NCBI RefSeq assembly: GCF_009914755.1 | Contig: NC_060925.1 | Strand: one strand, 5' to 3' | Source: the human T2T-CHM13v2.0 reference genome, Homo sapiens | DNA length: 64,000 nucleotides | Shown: one piece after another, positions 41,534 through 54,400 of the stretch | Layout: each line of letters starts with the position of its first letter | Numbering within the stretch: the stretch's first letter is position 1 | The notes under the pieces: generated by a model | Told to the model about the DNA's origin: nothing | Seen by the model: the letters and a program-made list of their open reading frames with translations, nothing else | Database searches by the model: none | Program-made: the position numbers and the translations under genes

Positions 41534-43915
41534 GGATTTCTATGTGTTGTATGTTTCTGTATTTTGTTCTATAACCCATTTTTTTTTTCTTTTGGGAAAA
41601 GCCAAATAGTTTTTGGTGTCTTATCATTTACTTAGTTTTTCCTTTCCTCAGAGATAATCACAGTATTGTGCTGTGCAGTCTCTAATGTCCAAAAATCTAA
41701 AACTATTTTATTTATTTTTCTTGCTGCCCCTTCTTCCACCTCCTCCTTTTCAAAAGAGATAAAATTTGTCCACACCATGAATGGTAATGAGTTTTACTGG
41801 AATGATCTAAATATTTGAAAATTTGTTAGATTTGCTTTATAGGTCACATATTGTCAATTTTCATAAATATTGTGGGTGCCTCTAAAAATAATCCAGTTTT
41901 TATTTTATAATACCAAATGATTTTTGGGAGCTAGAGACCAAATCAAGTTTTTATACACTGTTGTAAATTATGAGTTTTTGAAAATCCTGTGAATTTTCTT
42001 TTATTACTGAGAGTGGAGTTCAAAACTTCCCACCAAGACTATAGATTTCTATGTATTTTTCAATTTTGATTTATGCTTTTGAAGTTGTACATACAAATTT
42101 ATAATTATTATTTCATGGTAGTCAATTGAATATTTTATGATTATAAAGTATTCTTCATCTAGAAATGCCTCTTTACTACTCATTGATAATTTAATTTGTT
42201 ATTATATAATATAAAAAGTTATTTTTTCTTTTCTCATATGTATAGTAATTTCTTATAATCTTCAGATATTTTCTTATATATATGATAAATTTTATATTAT
42301 TACTACATTTATATTAATGTATTTATAATCTTCAGCTGACTTTTGCTTGAGTGAATTTTCATCCCATTTTTATAAGTTTTAATTGTAAGTTCATCTTCAA
42401 GTGGACCTTCTTATGGATGGCTCCATCAATAGACTGGCCCACACCACATTTCTACCTTCTTGGAGTTAGTGTGCTTCCTTTTGTCAGCTGATAGTATAAC
42501 TTAGGACCAGTCCTTTTCCTAAAATGTTAGTTTCATTTTAAATTTGAATTCCAATTCCAATTTCGATATGCCTTCAAAGTAATCATAGTTATAAATTGCA
42601 TTGATTCTTTATTCTTTTTCTTTCATTTATTTTTCCCCCCACATTTATTGTCTAGGCAGGGCAATCAAAATTTTATGTGTTCTTTCCTTTTCATGGATTA
42701 GATTTATTTTATAGTTGCTTGTTTCATAACTGTATATCCTATCAAGGATTTCAGACTATTGTGAGTATCTCAGCAACAGCTCTGACCTCATGAAGGCCAA
42801 AGTCTAGACACTTGTCTCTGTACGTGTTAAACTCAATTGTTCTTCTTCAATTTCCTTGCTCCTTATTGTACCTATAAATTTCAACCTCTTTATTGTGAGC
42901 TCAGCTATGAATTTAAAGGTAATGCTTGCTACTATATTCAAAAGGTTTCTATAATACAAGTTACCATTCAAAATATGAAAATAGTTTATATTTTAATAAA
43001 TTTGTTTAGAACACATTAAACACTAATAAATTGTATTTATCTGCTATAATTAGGAAGATCAAATATGATTACACATGCATTTTACAGAATCACTTTACCT
43101 TCTTTTCTATGACCATTAATAGCTTTTGTGTTTTTCACATAAGGTTATATAGCTAAAAATGTTTAAGTTCCATTGCTTTCAGGTGGAATTCAGAGACTAT
43201 ATTTTAATATGAGAATGCCCAGATTTAAAATAAGATTTTAATGCTTTCTAATTATCCATCCTTGGGGAATTAATTCTTTAAATCTTGGTTCCTCATATAT
43301 AAAATATAAAGTAAATCCTCTGTTTTTCACTATTGTTATGAAAAATGAATGAGAATTTGCATTTAAAGTAACTAGCAGAGTACTTAAATAATGTATTATT
43401 GGATATACATTCCACCCCTTCCTTGGGGGACAGGGTTTTATACGGTAACAAGTGCTTTGAAGCTAACCCCTTGAACTTCACAAATGGAACCTGGAGTTGA
43501 GATTATGAGAGTATTAGTGAAAATAACTGACTGGAATATAATTGTGTTTTTCATTACATATGCATGATTAAATATCAATTTATTCTTGCACCAATCTCAT
43601 CTTAAGTCCATTAATTCTCATGTCTAACATTTTAGGTATACATGCATGGTAAGTATTCAATTTAGTATATTTAGGACAATGAAAATAACATTGTAAATCA
43701 ATTTTAGGTTTCTATATAAAAATGATGTATAAGGGCAAAACCTTTCCATTCATCTTAAAGGCTATTAAATGTACAGCCTATATTTATTCCCATAATGAGA
43801 AATATTAACTTTTCCAAGTCATTTGTCCAAAGAGTGCAGAAAAAGCACCATGATATTCAAGTATTTTATTGATCTGACATGTAAGAATTTCTGTATGAGT
43901 ATATATATAGTGTTA

Positions 43916-44242
<327 letters not shown>

Positions 44243-45439
44243 TCAAATCTCAAATTGAAGCTTCCTGTTCTTCCGTAAGGTCCGTGGTAAATCACAAAAG
44301 CCTCCTTCACAGCCCAGAAGTATAGCAATAAAACTCACTATCTAAAATATACTAATTTTCTTGTTGCATAATTCCTGCCACTAACAAATGCAGGTTTTTA
44401 GAAAAAAATAAATTGTTAGAATGTACACTTTTCTTTATTATAAATATTATAATGTGATCAATACTAATATAATTACTCTCTCTACCAGATGTTCTCTCTC
44501 TATTTTTGCATTTGTAAGAGTGGAAACATTTTCTGTTATTCTTTATTTTATGTATTTATTATATATATATTTATACCAAGTTAATCCTATATTTTATATG
44601 CAAATCAGTAAGATTTTCTAATACAATACATACCCAATCCTTTGCTTAATCCTTAAAACTACTTTGATTTTTCATCCTTTCTCATTAAAATCCATGAATG
44701 GAAAATCTTTTCAGCAGCTTCCACTGTTAATGCATTTGTCTGTGAATATAACGTAGACACAAGGTATGAAAAATAGATACATGAACATTCCAAGTGTACA
44801 TTGTGCTAAAATAACCAACTGATAGTCTAAATATGGAAGATACACAATATGTATTGAAAGGTAAAATAAAAGTACAATCTTGGTCACAAAACAGACACCT
44901 ATTACAATATAAACTTCATTTTTACTGAAATACTCAAGTATGTCTAAACCTAGTCATGTGAAAGTACTAGGTGCACACAATGTAAAGAATTATCACAGCT
45001 TGCAATGATCAGTATAAGAAGATTAAATAGCTCAGTTCCTTTCTTATTTTTTCATAAGCCGAGTTTATCTTCCTTCACAGAATTATCATAGAACAGTACT
45101 GACAAACTTCAAAGACAATTGTAGCTAGGTTTTGGATTTTCATTTTTAAACATTATTTCACAAAATTGTGATGACAGTCATCCCTGCCAAATATAGTATG
45201 AAAATTCAGGATCTAGTTGAGTTAGACTTGAATAAAACACGGATCAATGTGCCATTCATTGTTCTGTTACTAAAAGTAAATTTGGGAAGAAATTAAAAAG
45301 CCATTCACAATTTAGCAAGGTAAATAATTTCAGTTGATACAATACACTAAATATTACAGAAAAAAATAATGGTTTTTGTCACCTCTCATGGGGACAATTG
45401 TTCTTGCTTCCCACCTCATCTCACTGGTGTGTGTTATTT

Positions 45440-45740
45440 TACTCCAATATATCTGTACACCACTGTCAGATGATCTTCTTAAACAATTGCATTGATTATT
45501 TCATATCTCTGATCAAATACTTCTATGGGTTACCAAAAGCCTACAAAGAAAAAAAAATTCATTTGCATGAAATTGAATGCTATCTTTCATTTGGTCTGGG
45601 CTTCTAGTCTTACCATTCACTCTCTGTCTAAATTGGCCTTTTTCTCCAGGGAAACTGACAGTCACTGTTTCCTCAACGTTCATTCTCATCTTTCTAATAC
45701 CATATGTTTCCTCATACAGTTCCATTCAATGGAACTGCTA
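45440..45740 (+). mobile_element. L2 fragment
   Basis: gatcttcttaaacaattgcattgattatttcatatctctgatcaaatacttctatgggttacc. Confidence 0.5.
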
Positions 45741-46869
45741 TGTATTTTGTCTTATTTTAAAACTTCTATCAATATTCAAGCTTACAAGAGTAAATTACAG
45801 TCACTCAAATTAGGAAACTAATGTAAATATATATTTTACAAAAGTTAATAATCTCACATTTTCTTTTTAAATTGATTATAATAAATAATCTGGTCTGACT
45901 CCTTCACAGTTTTCTATATACTCACAAAAACACCATATACTCTAAAGAATATTACTTATTATTACCGAATTTTTGGTCATATGCCTTACAAATACGATTT
46001 CCCAATCTCCCTTATTAAATATGTGTGTGTTTGCGTGAGTGAACACCTACAAACACACAAAACGCACACACATTCATTGTTTACTATTATTTTTACCACC
46101 CAGTTTTAATACATTTTCTCTGTATTAATTTTTGTTATATTTTTCTCTGCAAGTTCTTCACTCCCCTCATTTGTACATTTATTCTCCTTTATAGATTTAT
46201 TTTTACATTGTGAGTATAAAGCTTTAGTCAATCTGTTGTGTGTGTGTGTGTGATGAATAATATAAGAGCCTAACTTGGTTTTCTTTGAGATAGTTAACCA
46301 ACTGAGGCACCAGCATTTATTCAATAGATTAACATTTTTATTTTGATTTGAATAGCCAAGTTGTCATTTTTTGTTAATTTATTCAAATCTTAACCAATTT
46401 TAAAGCAACATATATTACCTACTCTGTAAATTTGTCCTTATTACTCTAGCCAGAAATAATGACTCAATTAATCAAATCACATTTAATAAATTTTATATTA
46501 TTTGACGTTTCAAGCAGTGATGCTTCATCCCTCCAAATAGCATGTAACACAATCTTTGGGATCTTACTCCATCAATTAACCATCTTTCACATTTATCTTT
46601 AACCTTCTTCTCCCTCATCCCCCGTATTGTATTCTCATGTTCAAATTTCTTCAAACAAAATAATAGAAAATAAATTTTATTTAAAATTTCAATCACCTTC
46701 TAACTATTTTTTAGTGCAATCTCCTGGTAGTCAACCATCCATCATCATGAATGAAAGATCTGCATTTACAATCTTCCTAAGTAATTTCATTTTTTCACCT
46801 ACTGATGTGTCACCTTCTCTCTTGTCACTCAGGTAACAGGTTTTTTGTTGAGGTGATAAATATCCTTTC

Positions 46870-46990
46870 TTATTACTTACCAAATGATTTGAAATCAACA
46901 AGTCTGTTTTAGTCCCTTTTTACTCCAAATCTAGAACAGTGAGTTCTATATAGAGTGGTCAATACCTATATATTGAATGAATAAATTAAC
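46870..46990 (+). mobile_element. L2 3' tail
   Basis: tctagaacagtg...tcaatacctatatattgaatgaataaatt. Confidence 0.5.
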
Positions 46991-47229
46991 TGCCACATTT
47001 AATAGCCATTTTATAAATCGATTTTTACATTAATTCTTTCTTCCCCCATACCATTGCACATTTTGTTTTGTTTTAAAATTTGCTTTTTTGATTTCTGGTC
47101 CTATCTCTTTGTCTTTATTTATCAGATGTTCTTTCAGCCATTCTTTTGATTTGGCCTTCACTGGAGCTCTGCTCTTTTTTCTCCTCTTTAAAGACGTGTT
47201 GCTCTTCATATTCTATTCTACTTTTTGGG

Positions 47230-47520
47230 AAGGCCTATTAAGTGCTTAAGAACAAACTAGCACAATGTCACATTTTCTACATTCAGCAGTACAAGCACAT
47301 CACAATCCAGTCTAGATTTAAAGGCAAAAATAATAGACTTCACTTCTAGACAGAAGAAGTATACAGACAAGCATATGAGGAATTTTGGGTGGTCATTTTC
47401 ACATGAAATTAATGATTGTCTTCAATCTTCAGCATTTCTCACCCTTCTTTGTGCAAAATAAACCAACTCTTTCCCCGAATTTGTCTTATCCAATTACAAT
47501 ATTGATCTGAAGTCCAGAAT
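47230..47520 (-). mobile_element. Old MaLR (MLT1H-J-like) LTR end and adjacent internal sequence
   Basis: tagcacaatgtcacatttt...ccagtctagatttaaagg...atagacttcacttctaga. Confidence 0.4.
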
Positions 47521-48136
47521 TGTATCAACTAAATGAAAATAACGGATGAAGATCCCTAGGCTCAATTACCCAGTAGAGCTGGAGAATAAGTTTAGACTTC
47601 CACACATTCCATTTATTCTCCATGCAATGATTTTTTAAAGATATTTAATATAATTTAGGCTCTATTATATTTATTTTACTCTTAAGACACCATCTTAAAA
47701 CATAGAAAAAAATGTTCTCAGTAAGATATGACTACGATGGGGCCATTCCACAATCTTGATTTGGATATTTTCTTTTCTGGTTAATCTAGGAAAATACTAG
47801 ATTCAAATGCAGTGATAAGGTATTGGTCTATATTGAACATTTAGTTAAATAAACAAATTTACTAGGCTATTTTTCATGCCTTCATTAACTTCTTAGGAAT
47901 TTATTTGTTAAAAATAGAAAACTGAATACTTCTTTTACTTTTATCAAAATAGCTATTATGACAAGAAGGATGGGCACAAATAGTATAAACATGAATATAA
48001 GTATGGACTCTATAGAAGTGAGGTCTGCTACTTAGAGAAGAAAGTTCGGATGTGGAAGACATGCACATTTATATATTCCAATAGTCATTAAAGAATATCC
48101 TGTTTGTTTCAACTTGAACATCACAGTGAATATTAC

Positions 48137-48888
48137 TGTGTCTGGAATTTATTCCTTCCGGTGGGTTCTTGGTCTCGCTGACTTCAAGAATGAAGCCGCG
48201 AATGCTCGCGGTGAGTGTTACAGTTCTTAAAGATGGTGTGTCTGGAGTTTGTTCCTTCAGATGTTCAGATGTGTCCAGCGTTTCTTCCTTCCAGTGGGTT
48301 CATGGTCTTGCTGACTTCAGGAGTGAAGCTGCAGACCTTCGCGGTGAGTGTTACAGCTCTTAAAAGTGGCGCATCCAGAGCTGTTTGTTCCTCCTGGTGG
48401 GTTCGTGGTCTCGCTGACTTCAGGAATGAAGCTGAAGACCCTCACAGTGAGTGTTACAGCTTATAAAGGCAGTGCGGACCCAAAGAGCGAGAAACAGCAA
48501 GATTTACTGGGAAGAGAGAAAGAATAAAGCTTACGCAGCATGGAAGGGCACCCGAGCAGGTTGCCGCTGCTGGCTAGGGTTGCCAGCTTTTATTCCCTTA
48601 TTTGGCCCTGCTGCATCATGATGCTTGGTGCATTTTAGAGTATTGATTGGTCCATTTTACAGAGTGCTGATTGGTGCGTTTACAAACCTTTAGCTAAACA
48701 TAGCGCACTGATTGGTGCATTTTTACAGAGTGCTGATTGGTGCATTTACAATCCTTTAGCTAGACACGGAGCGCTGATTGGTGTGTTTTTACAGAGTGCT
48801 GATTGGTGCATTTACAATCCTCTAGCTAGACAGAAAAGTTCTCCAAGTCCCCACTGGACCCAGGAAGTCCAGCTGGCTTCATCTCTCA
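48137..48888 (-). mobile_element. Solo ERV9 LTR (LTR12 family), complete, 752 bp
   Basis: TG...CA ends; perfect 4-bp TSD ttac (48133-48136 / 48889-48892); U5 repeats ggtctcgctgacttca...gtgagtgttacag; U3 repeats gctgattggtgcattt. Confidence 0.95.
48585..48810 (-). promoter_or_regulatory. LTR12 U3 promoter: six CCAAT (NF-Y) boxes and AATAAA TATA-like box
   Basis: ATTGG at 48646, 48670, 48711, 48736, 48777 and 48802; minus-strand gggaataaaagc near 48586-48597. Confidence 0.6.
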
Positions 48889-49209
48889 TTACCAAGTTTA
48901 ATTTTCATACCTACTCTTTATAATTTATTATATTTAGTAATCTTAAATAGAATGAAATTTATATGGCTTTCTAAAAACACTTTATAACCTTTAATAAAAT
49001 TTGACTAAAATAATAACAATATTTGTACCTAAAATAGAGGCTACCAACACATCTCTCTTAAAAAATAATGGCTATTTATCATAAATTTATCTGTTTGTCA
49101 ACAATGTTTTGGGATTCTATTAAATATCTTGTTAAAACCAAAATACATTGTGTATATTAATTTCATACGAATTCACTTTAAGCCTTTATCCTATCATTAT
49201 TAATTTTTT

Positions 49210-49307
49210 AAGGTTAACCAAGTGAAGCAGTGGGAGTCAAGAAGGAACAAAGAAATTTACAAGGTTTTAATCAAATAGTTGTAAATATTAGCGCACTCAA
49301 ACCAACC
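49210..49307 (-). pseudogene. Retroposed Y3 RNA (RNY3-derived) pseudogene
   Basis: Minus strand reads ggttggtttgagtgcgctaatatttacaactatttgattaaaaccttgtaaatttctttgttccttcttgactcccactgcttcacttggttaacctt, colinear with hY3 (GGCTGGTCCGAGTGCAGTGGTGTTTACAACTAATTGATCACAACC...TTTCTTTGTTCCTTCTCCACTCCCACTGCTTCACTTGACTAGCCTT). Short A tail; degenerate TSD tatcattatta / tatgcaattatta. Confidence 0.92.
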
Positions 49308-49677
49308 TATGCAATTATTACTAATAAATAGATGTATTAATGTTTATAACTTCTTTATCAGTTTTGTTAAATAATTGTTAATGGAGTTATGTCTTGTCTG
49401 AAGTTTTCTTTATTTGCTAATCATTAAACTTTCCTTTCCAAAACATATTGTATCAATGTAGTAATCTACTTAAGAATTATAACCAATTACAATCTAAAGA
49501 GTCCTAAATCAAATTAATTTTGTTTCTTTCATCTACTATTAATGATAGCATATGGTTATGTCTTAAATAGAGTGATTGAGTCTATCTGTAACATATGTCT
49601 ATATTATAATCAATAGTAATTTAAGAGTTATCTAAGTCTCTAATCCATAATAATCTAGAGTGTATCTAGGTTATGTC

Positions 49678-50240
49678 TGTATTAGTCAGGGTTCTCTAGA
49701 GAGGCATAACTAATAGGATGTATTTATATATGAAGTGGAGTTTATTAGGAGAATTGACTCACATGATCACAAGATAAAGTCCCACTATAGGCCATCCACA
49801 AGCTGAGGAGCAAAGAAGCCAGTCCGAGTCCCCAAATGTCAAAAGTAGGGAAGCCAACAGTGCAGTCTGTGGCCAAAGGCCCGAGAGCCCCTGGCAAACC
49901 ACTGGTGTAAGCCCAAGAGTCCAAAAGCTGAAGAACTTGGAGTTTGATGTTCAACAGCAGGATGCATCCAGCACAGGAGAAAAATGAAGGCAGTAAGACT
50001 CAGCAGATCTGCTCATTCTACCTTCTTCTGTCTGCTTTTTTTGAGTCACACTAGCAGCAGCTTAGATGATGTGCACCCATGGTGTGGGTGGGTCTTCCTG
50101 AGAATGTGTCTTCCTCTCCCAGGCCACTGACTGAAATGTTAATCTCTTCTGGCAACACAATGAAACTCCCAGATATGCCCAGAAACAATACTCTGCACCC
50201 TTCAGTCCAATCAAGTTGACACTTAATATTAACCATCACA
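49678..50240 (-). mobile_element. Solo HERV-L LTR (MLT2A2/MLT2A1-like), complete
   Basis: tgtattagtcagggttctctagag...ccaatcaagttgacacttaatattaaccatcaca; 5-bp TSD atgtc/acgtc. Confidence 0.92.
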
Positions 50241-50504
50241 ACGTCCCCATATGTGACTCAGGCTACATATAAAACAGTGATGAGTAGCAGCAAGTTATTT
50301 TGACTAAATCTACCATTTAATGTTTATATGCAAGTACACTTCAAAACCATTGACTTTTGTTAGCTCAAAGGTATAAAAACAAACATAAATAAAGATAATA
50401 AATTGGGTTGTAGTGTTCATTTTATATTCTGGATATAAGTTCTGATCAGATAATACGGTTTAAAAATATTTTCTTCCACTCTGTAAATCATGTTTTAGTT
50501 TATA

Positions 50505-50683
50505 ATTTTTATTTATTTATTTATTTTTATTATATTTATTTACTTATTTTTGAGACGGAGTCTCACTCTATTGCCCAGGCTGGAGTGCAAAGGCACTATC
50601 TCAGCTTCCTACAACCTCTGCCTCCTGGGTTCAGCCTCCCAAGTATTTGGGATTACAGCTGTGCACCACCACGCCCAGCTAAT
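50505..50683 (-). mobile_element. 5'-truncated Alu (right monomer only)
   Basis: (ttta)n tail, then gagacggagtctcactct...accacgcccagctaat, then L1 sequence. Confidence 0.88.
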
Positions 50684-51077
50684 GCTTTACTTTTTAAATG
50701 GTGCCCCTTGAAGCACAAACATTTTAAATTTAAGTACAATATATCTCTATTTTTCCTTTTGTTCTGATGCATTTGATGTAATACCTAAGAAACCATTGCC
50801 AAACCAAAGGTCACACAGATTTATGTTTTTTTCTGGTAGTTTTACAGTTTTATCACTTATATTAAGATCTTTAATCTATTTTCTATTAATTTTTGCATAT
50901 ATTATGCATCAGGAGCCCAGCTTTATTCTTTGTCACAGTTACCCTATCACCATTTATTGAAAAACATATTGTTCATTGAGTAGTATTGGCATCATTGAAA
51001 ATTAATTTACTGTAAAAGAGAGGGTTTATTTCTAGATTCTCAATATTGTTCTATTAACTTATATAGTAAGGAAACAG

Positions 51078-51428
51078 TATATATATATATACACATATAT
51101 GTATGTATGTGTATATATGTATATAATACACATATATGTATATACGTATACATGTGTATATATACACATATATGTATATACGTATACATGTGTATATATA
51201 CACATATATGCATATACGTATATACACATATGTGCATATACGTATATGCACATATATGCATATACGTATATGCACATATATGCATATACGTATATGCACA
51301 TATATGTGTATATACGTATATACACATATATGTGTATATACGTATATACACATATATGTGTATATACGTATATACACATACGTATATACGTATATACACA
51401 TATATATACATATATACGTGTATATATA
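51078..51428. repeat. Alternating purine-pyrimidine minisatellite of self-complementary 24-26-bp units
   Basis: Units such as tgtgtatatacgtatatacaca and tgcatatacgtatatgca are perfect palindromes. Confidence 0.95.
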
Positions 51429-54400
51429 CTGTTTCCTTATTATATGTTAATAGAACAATATTGTTCTAATAGAAGAATAATAGAACTATACATATACGTA
51501 TATATATACACGTATATATTATGTATACATATATGTGTGTATATATATATATGGCATCAACATGCCTATACTTATGCCAGGATCACACTGTCCTTACTCC
51601 TGTAGCTTTGTAATAAATTTTGAAATTGGAAAGTATGATCCCTCTAACATAAGTTCTTAAGACTAAATAATTTGAAAGTAAACTGTTTTATAAACTGAGT
51701 TGATCCGAAACTGAGTACATTTGAAGTTTACATTTGAACTTATGAGCACATAAATTTTGTACTGATTTTAAACTGAGTACAAAATTCAGCAAGGAGTTGA
51801 AGCAAATCTCAAAAATCAGCCAACTATCAACTTCTTATGTCCAGAAGAAATTAGCCTAAAAATGCTACTGAATTACAGAAATCGAGAATGAACTGATTTT
51901 GTGGTCTTCTATGCAGATACTGTTCAATAAATGATTATATGAAAATGAGTAACATTTAAAAAATTTAAGCACATATTAAATCGTGGGAAAGTGATAATTT
52001 CTCTAATGTAACGTAAATGAGATAAGAACTTGGAAAAGAGGCAGAGGTGGATGTCAATGATTATTTCCCAAGGGAATGAATTAGGAAATCCAAGAAAAAA
52101 GTAAAATGCCAATAACAGTAAATTTTCAGATAGGTTCGCTTTTTATGAAATGAACAACATAGTGTTGCCTTACTCCTGTGTGGTCATTGCCACCATGCAA
52201 TCTCACATTTCCATCATATTCACTGTTGAACTTGGCCTGCACTTGAAATCTGCCCTCTCCTGCCCCAACATTTCTCCCCTTCCTTTACCCAATTTATGCA
52301 TTAAAAACATTAAACCAGAATCTGAATGGAAAATAATTTGCAATTGGTAGCCTTTGACAAATCACTAATGGCTGGCTAGAAAACCCACCTGGGAACAATT
52401 TCAGAGATAAAGCAGAAAAAAAAATGTGGATAAAGATGACAAGATATGTGTCTTTATATTTAATTCCTGGTGTAGTTTTACCTAACTTGTTAATGTGCCC
52501 ATTTTCTACCAGTGGACTACATGTCCATTCGTATTAACAAGCACCAGTCTTGCTGCTCACCAGTTACTGGTCTTGGAATCTTAAAAATTTAAGATGAATA
52601 CAATTCTCGTAGATGGATAAGATGAAGGTAGAGATGGCTGCCTTAGGGTTTCCAGCTCTGAGGGTACTCAGGCCAGGCTTAAATGCAGATTTGATCAAGA
52701 AATTAAAATAACCTAGAGTAGGCAGAGGAAGTTTCAGCGAAAACAGTTTATTCCATATTTTATTGACTTAATCAATTAAATCAGTAGTTGTAATGTTTTC
52801 TTGATAATTAAAGAATCTAGCAACCAGTCTATAAAAGAAATAACTTTTAATTGGCTTGTTTATAAAATATAGTTGAATGATTTTGGATAAGCAAAATGTG
52901 AAGAAAAATAAAATGACTTACATTTCAAACCTCTACAGTGGCATGAGAAATAATAGATATGCAAAGTGCAATCTGATTAGAAAGTGCAATTGGAATAATT
53001 AAACTGAGAGATGGTAGCAGATAGTATGAATTACTTACTGGTTTAACTTTATTAAAAAATAGAGCCTGAAACACAATCTTTCTTGACTATTGAAACTACA
53101 GTTACTTAGACCAAAATCAGTAAAACGAAAATAAGTAAGTGGATTTCTTCTCTGGGAAATTTGGGCATGCACACATTTCTGTCTGGGAAAGATAGTCCAC
53201 AGTGTTAGTCAGAATTTGACTCCACAAATAATTTTAGAGTCTGGCTCTACAGGAGATAAAATTTGTTTCACTATTTTAGACATCTTGCCTTATATAATAT
53301 ATAGATATTTTATTGCCTCAATCTCTGTAACTCTAAAAAGGAGGAAAAAAGGTTGCCAATTGTCTCATAGCTACTCCATGATTAATTTCTACTAAATTTT
53401 TACTAGAACTACCATCAGCATTCAAATATTTCTTTTCCACAGATTATTTTAGAATAATAATATTGTTTATTCTATCAAAGGCAATTATTTTTTCATCTAA
53501 TCACATTTATATAGAATACGTTTCATTAGCTCTACTTTTTTTTTTCCTGTTTTGTTTTGTTTCCCAAATAGAATCTGAATGGGTCTTTTAGTAGAAAAGT
53601 TTTTAAGATTGTTTTCTTGGAGTAAAATCACATAAAAGAATGAACACTTCCTGTATTTGGAATAGCATACAGGGCTTTCGGATGGCAAAGGTCAGTGTTT
53701 TCTCTCTTGAATGAGACCACCTGTACTTTAAGGTTAATTACTTTGTGACAACAGGTACTATACTCTTTACAAGATAACAACCATAAAATTGAAAAATAAG
53801 CCAGAAAGTCTCTTGGTTCATCAGCCTGAAAATGCTGTAGTCTTTGGTATGTGTCATCTGTTATTGACTTCTCTAATACCTTTGATTTAGACCTTCCAAA
53901 AGTAATAATTACATCTCTGAAAGGATTAATCTCTCTTTGCCTTATATGTACAGCCCTAAAAATCACAAATCTCTGACTTTTCCCTGCCTTGACCTATTTT
54001 TCTGACAGAGTACACATTACATATTTCACTTTTTACTCAATCAATTACAGTACCAAATCTTTCACAAATTTTAAGGCATTTATGCCTATTGGAAAAACTA
54101 GAATATATATGTGTAGAAAGTCATCATGAGTATTACCAAAGTTTAGCTCTAGATACGTAACAACATTTTATTATGTTTGAGGGCTATATTTCTTTATAAC
54201 ATGGAGGAAGAATATATCTGGCTATCAAGGCTCCAAATAACTCACTTTAAAATTTTTTAAATATATTTTAACAGAAATGAAGGCTCAAACATGATGAAGT
54301 TTGCAAACATAAATTAGGTACACTCAATCTCACTGATTTCTTTCAGTAATCAAAACCTTTAAAAATTTCTAAGTGATATAAGTTTCTCAGGTTAAAAGTA

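Larger units (their letters stand above)
50410..51650 (-). mobile_element. Old L1 (L1MB/MC-like) ORF2 fragment, interrupted by an Alu and a palindromic insertion
   Basis: tatattctggatataag...ctaagaaaccattgccaaacc...agggtttatttctagattctc; resumes cttatgccaggatcacactgtc...tgtagctttgtaataaattttgaaatt. Confidence 0.8.

Noticed and set aside
51078-51428. Repeated palindromic units suggestive of a CRISPR-like array
   Set aside because: No unique spacers, eukaryotic context and no cas genes. It is a minisatellite.
51040-51605. Six overlapping 104-168 aa Tyr/Ile/His/Cys-rich ORFs
   Set aside because: They are translations of the alternating purine-pyrimidine repeat, which cannot contain stop codons. 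Not genes.
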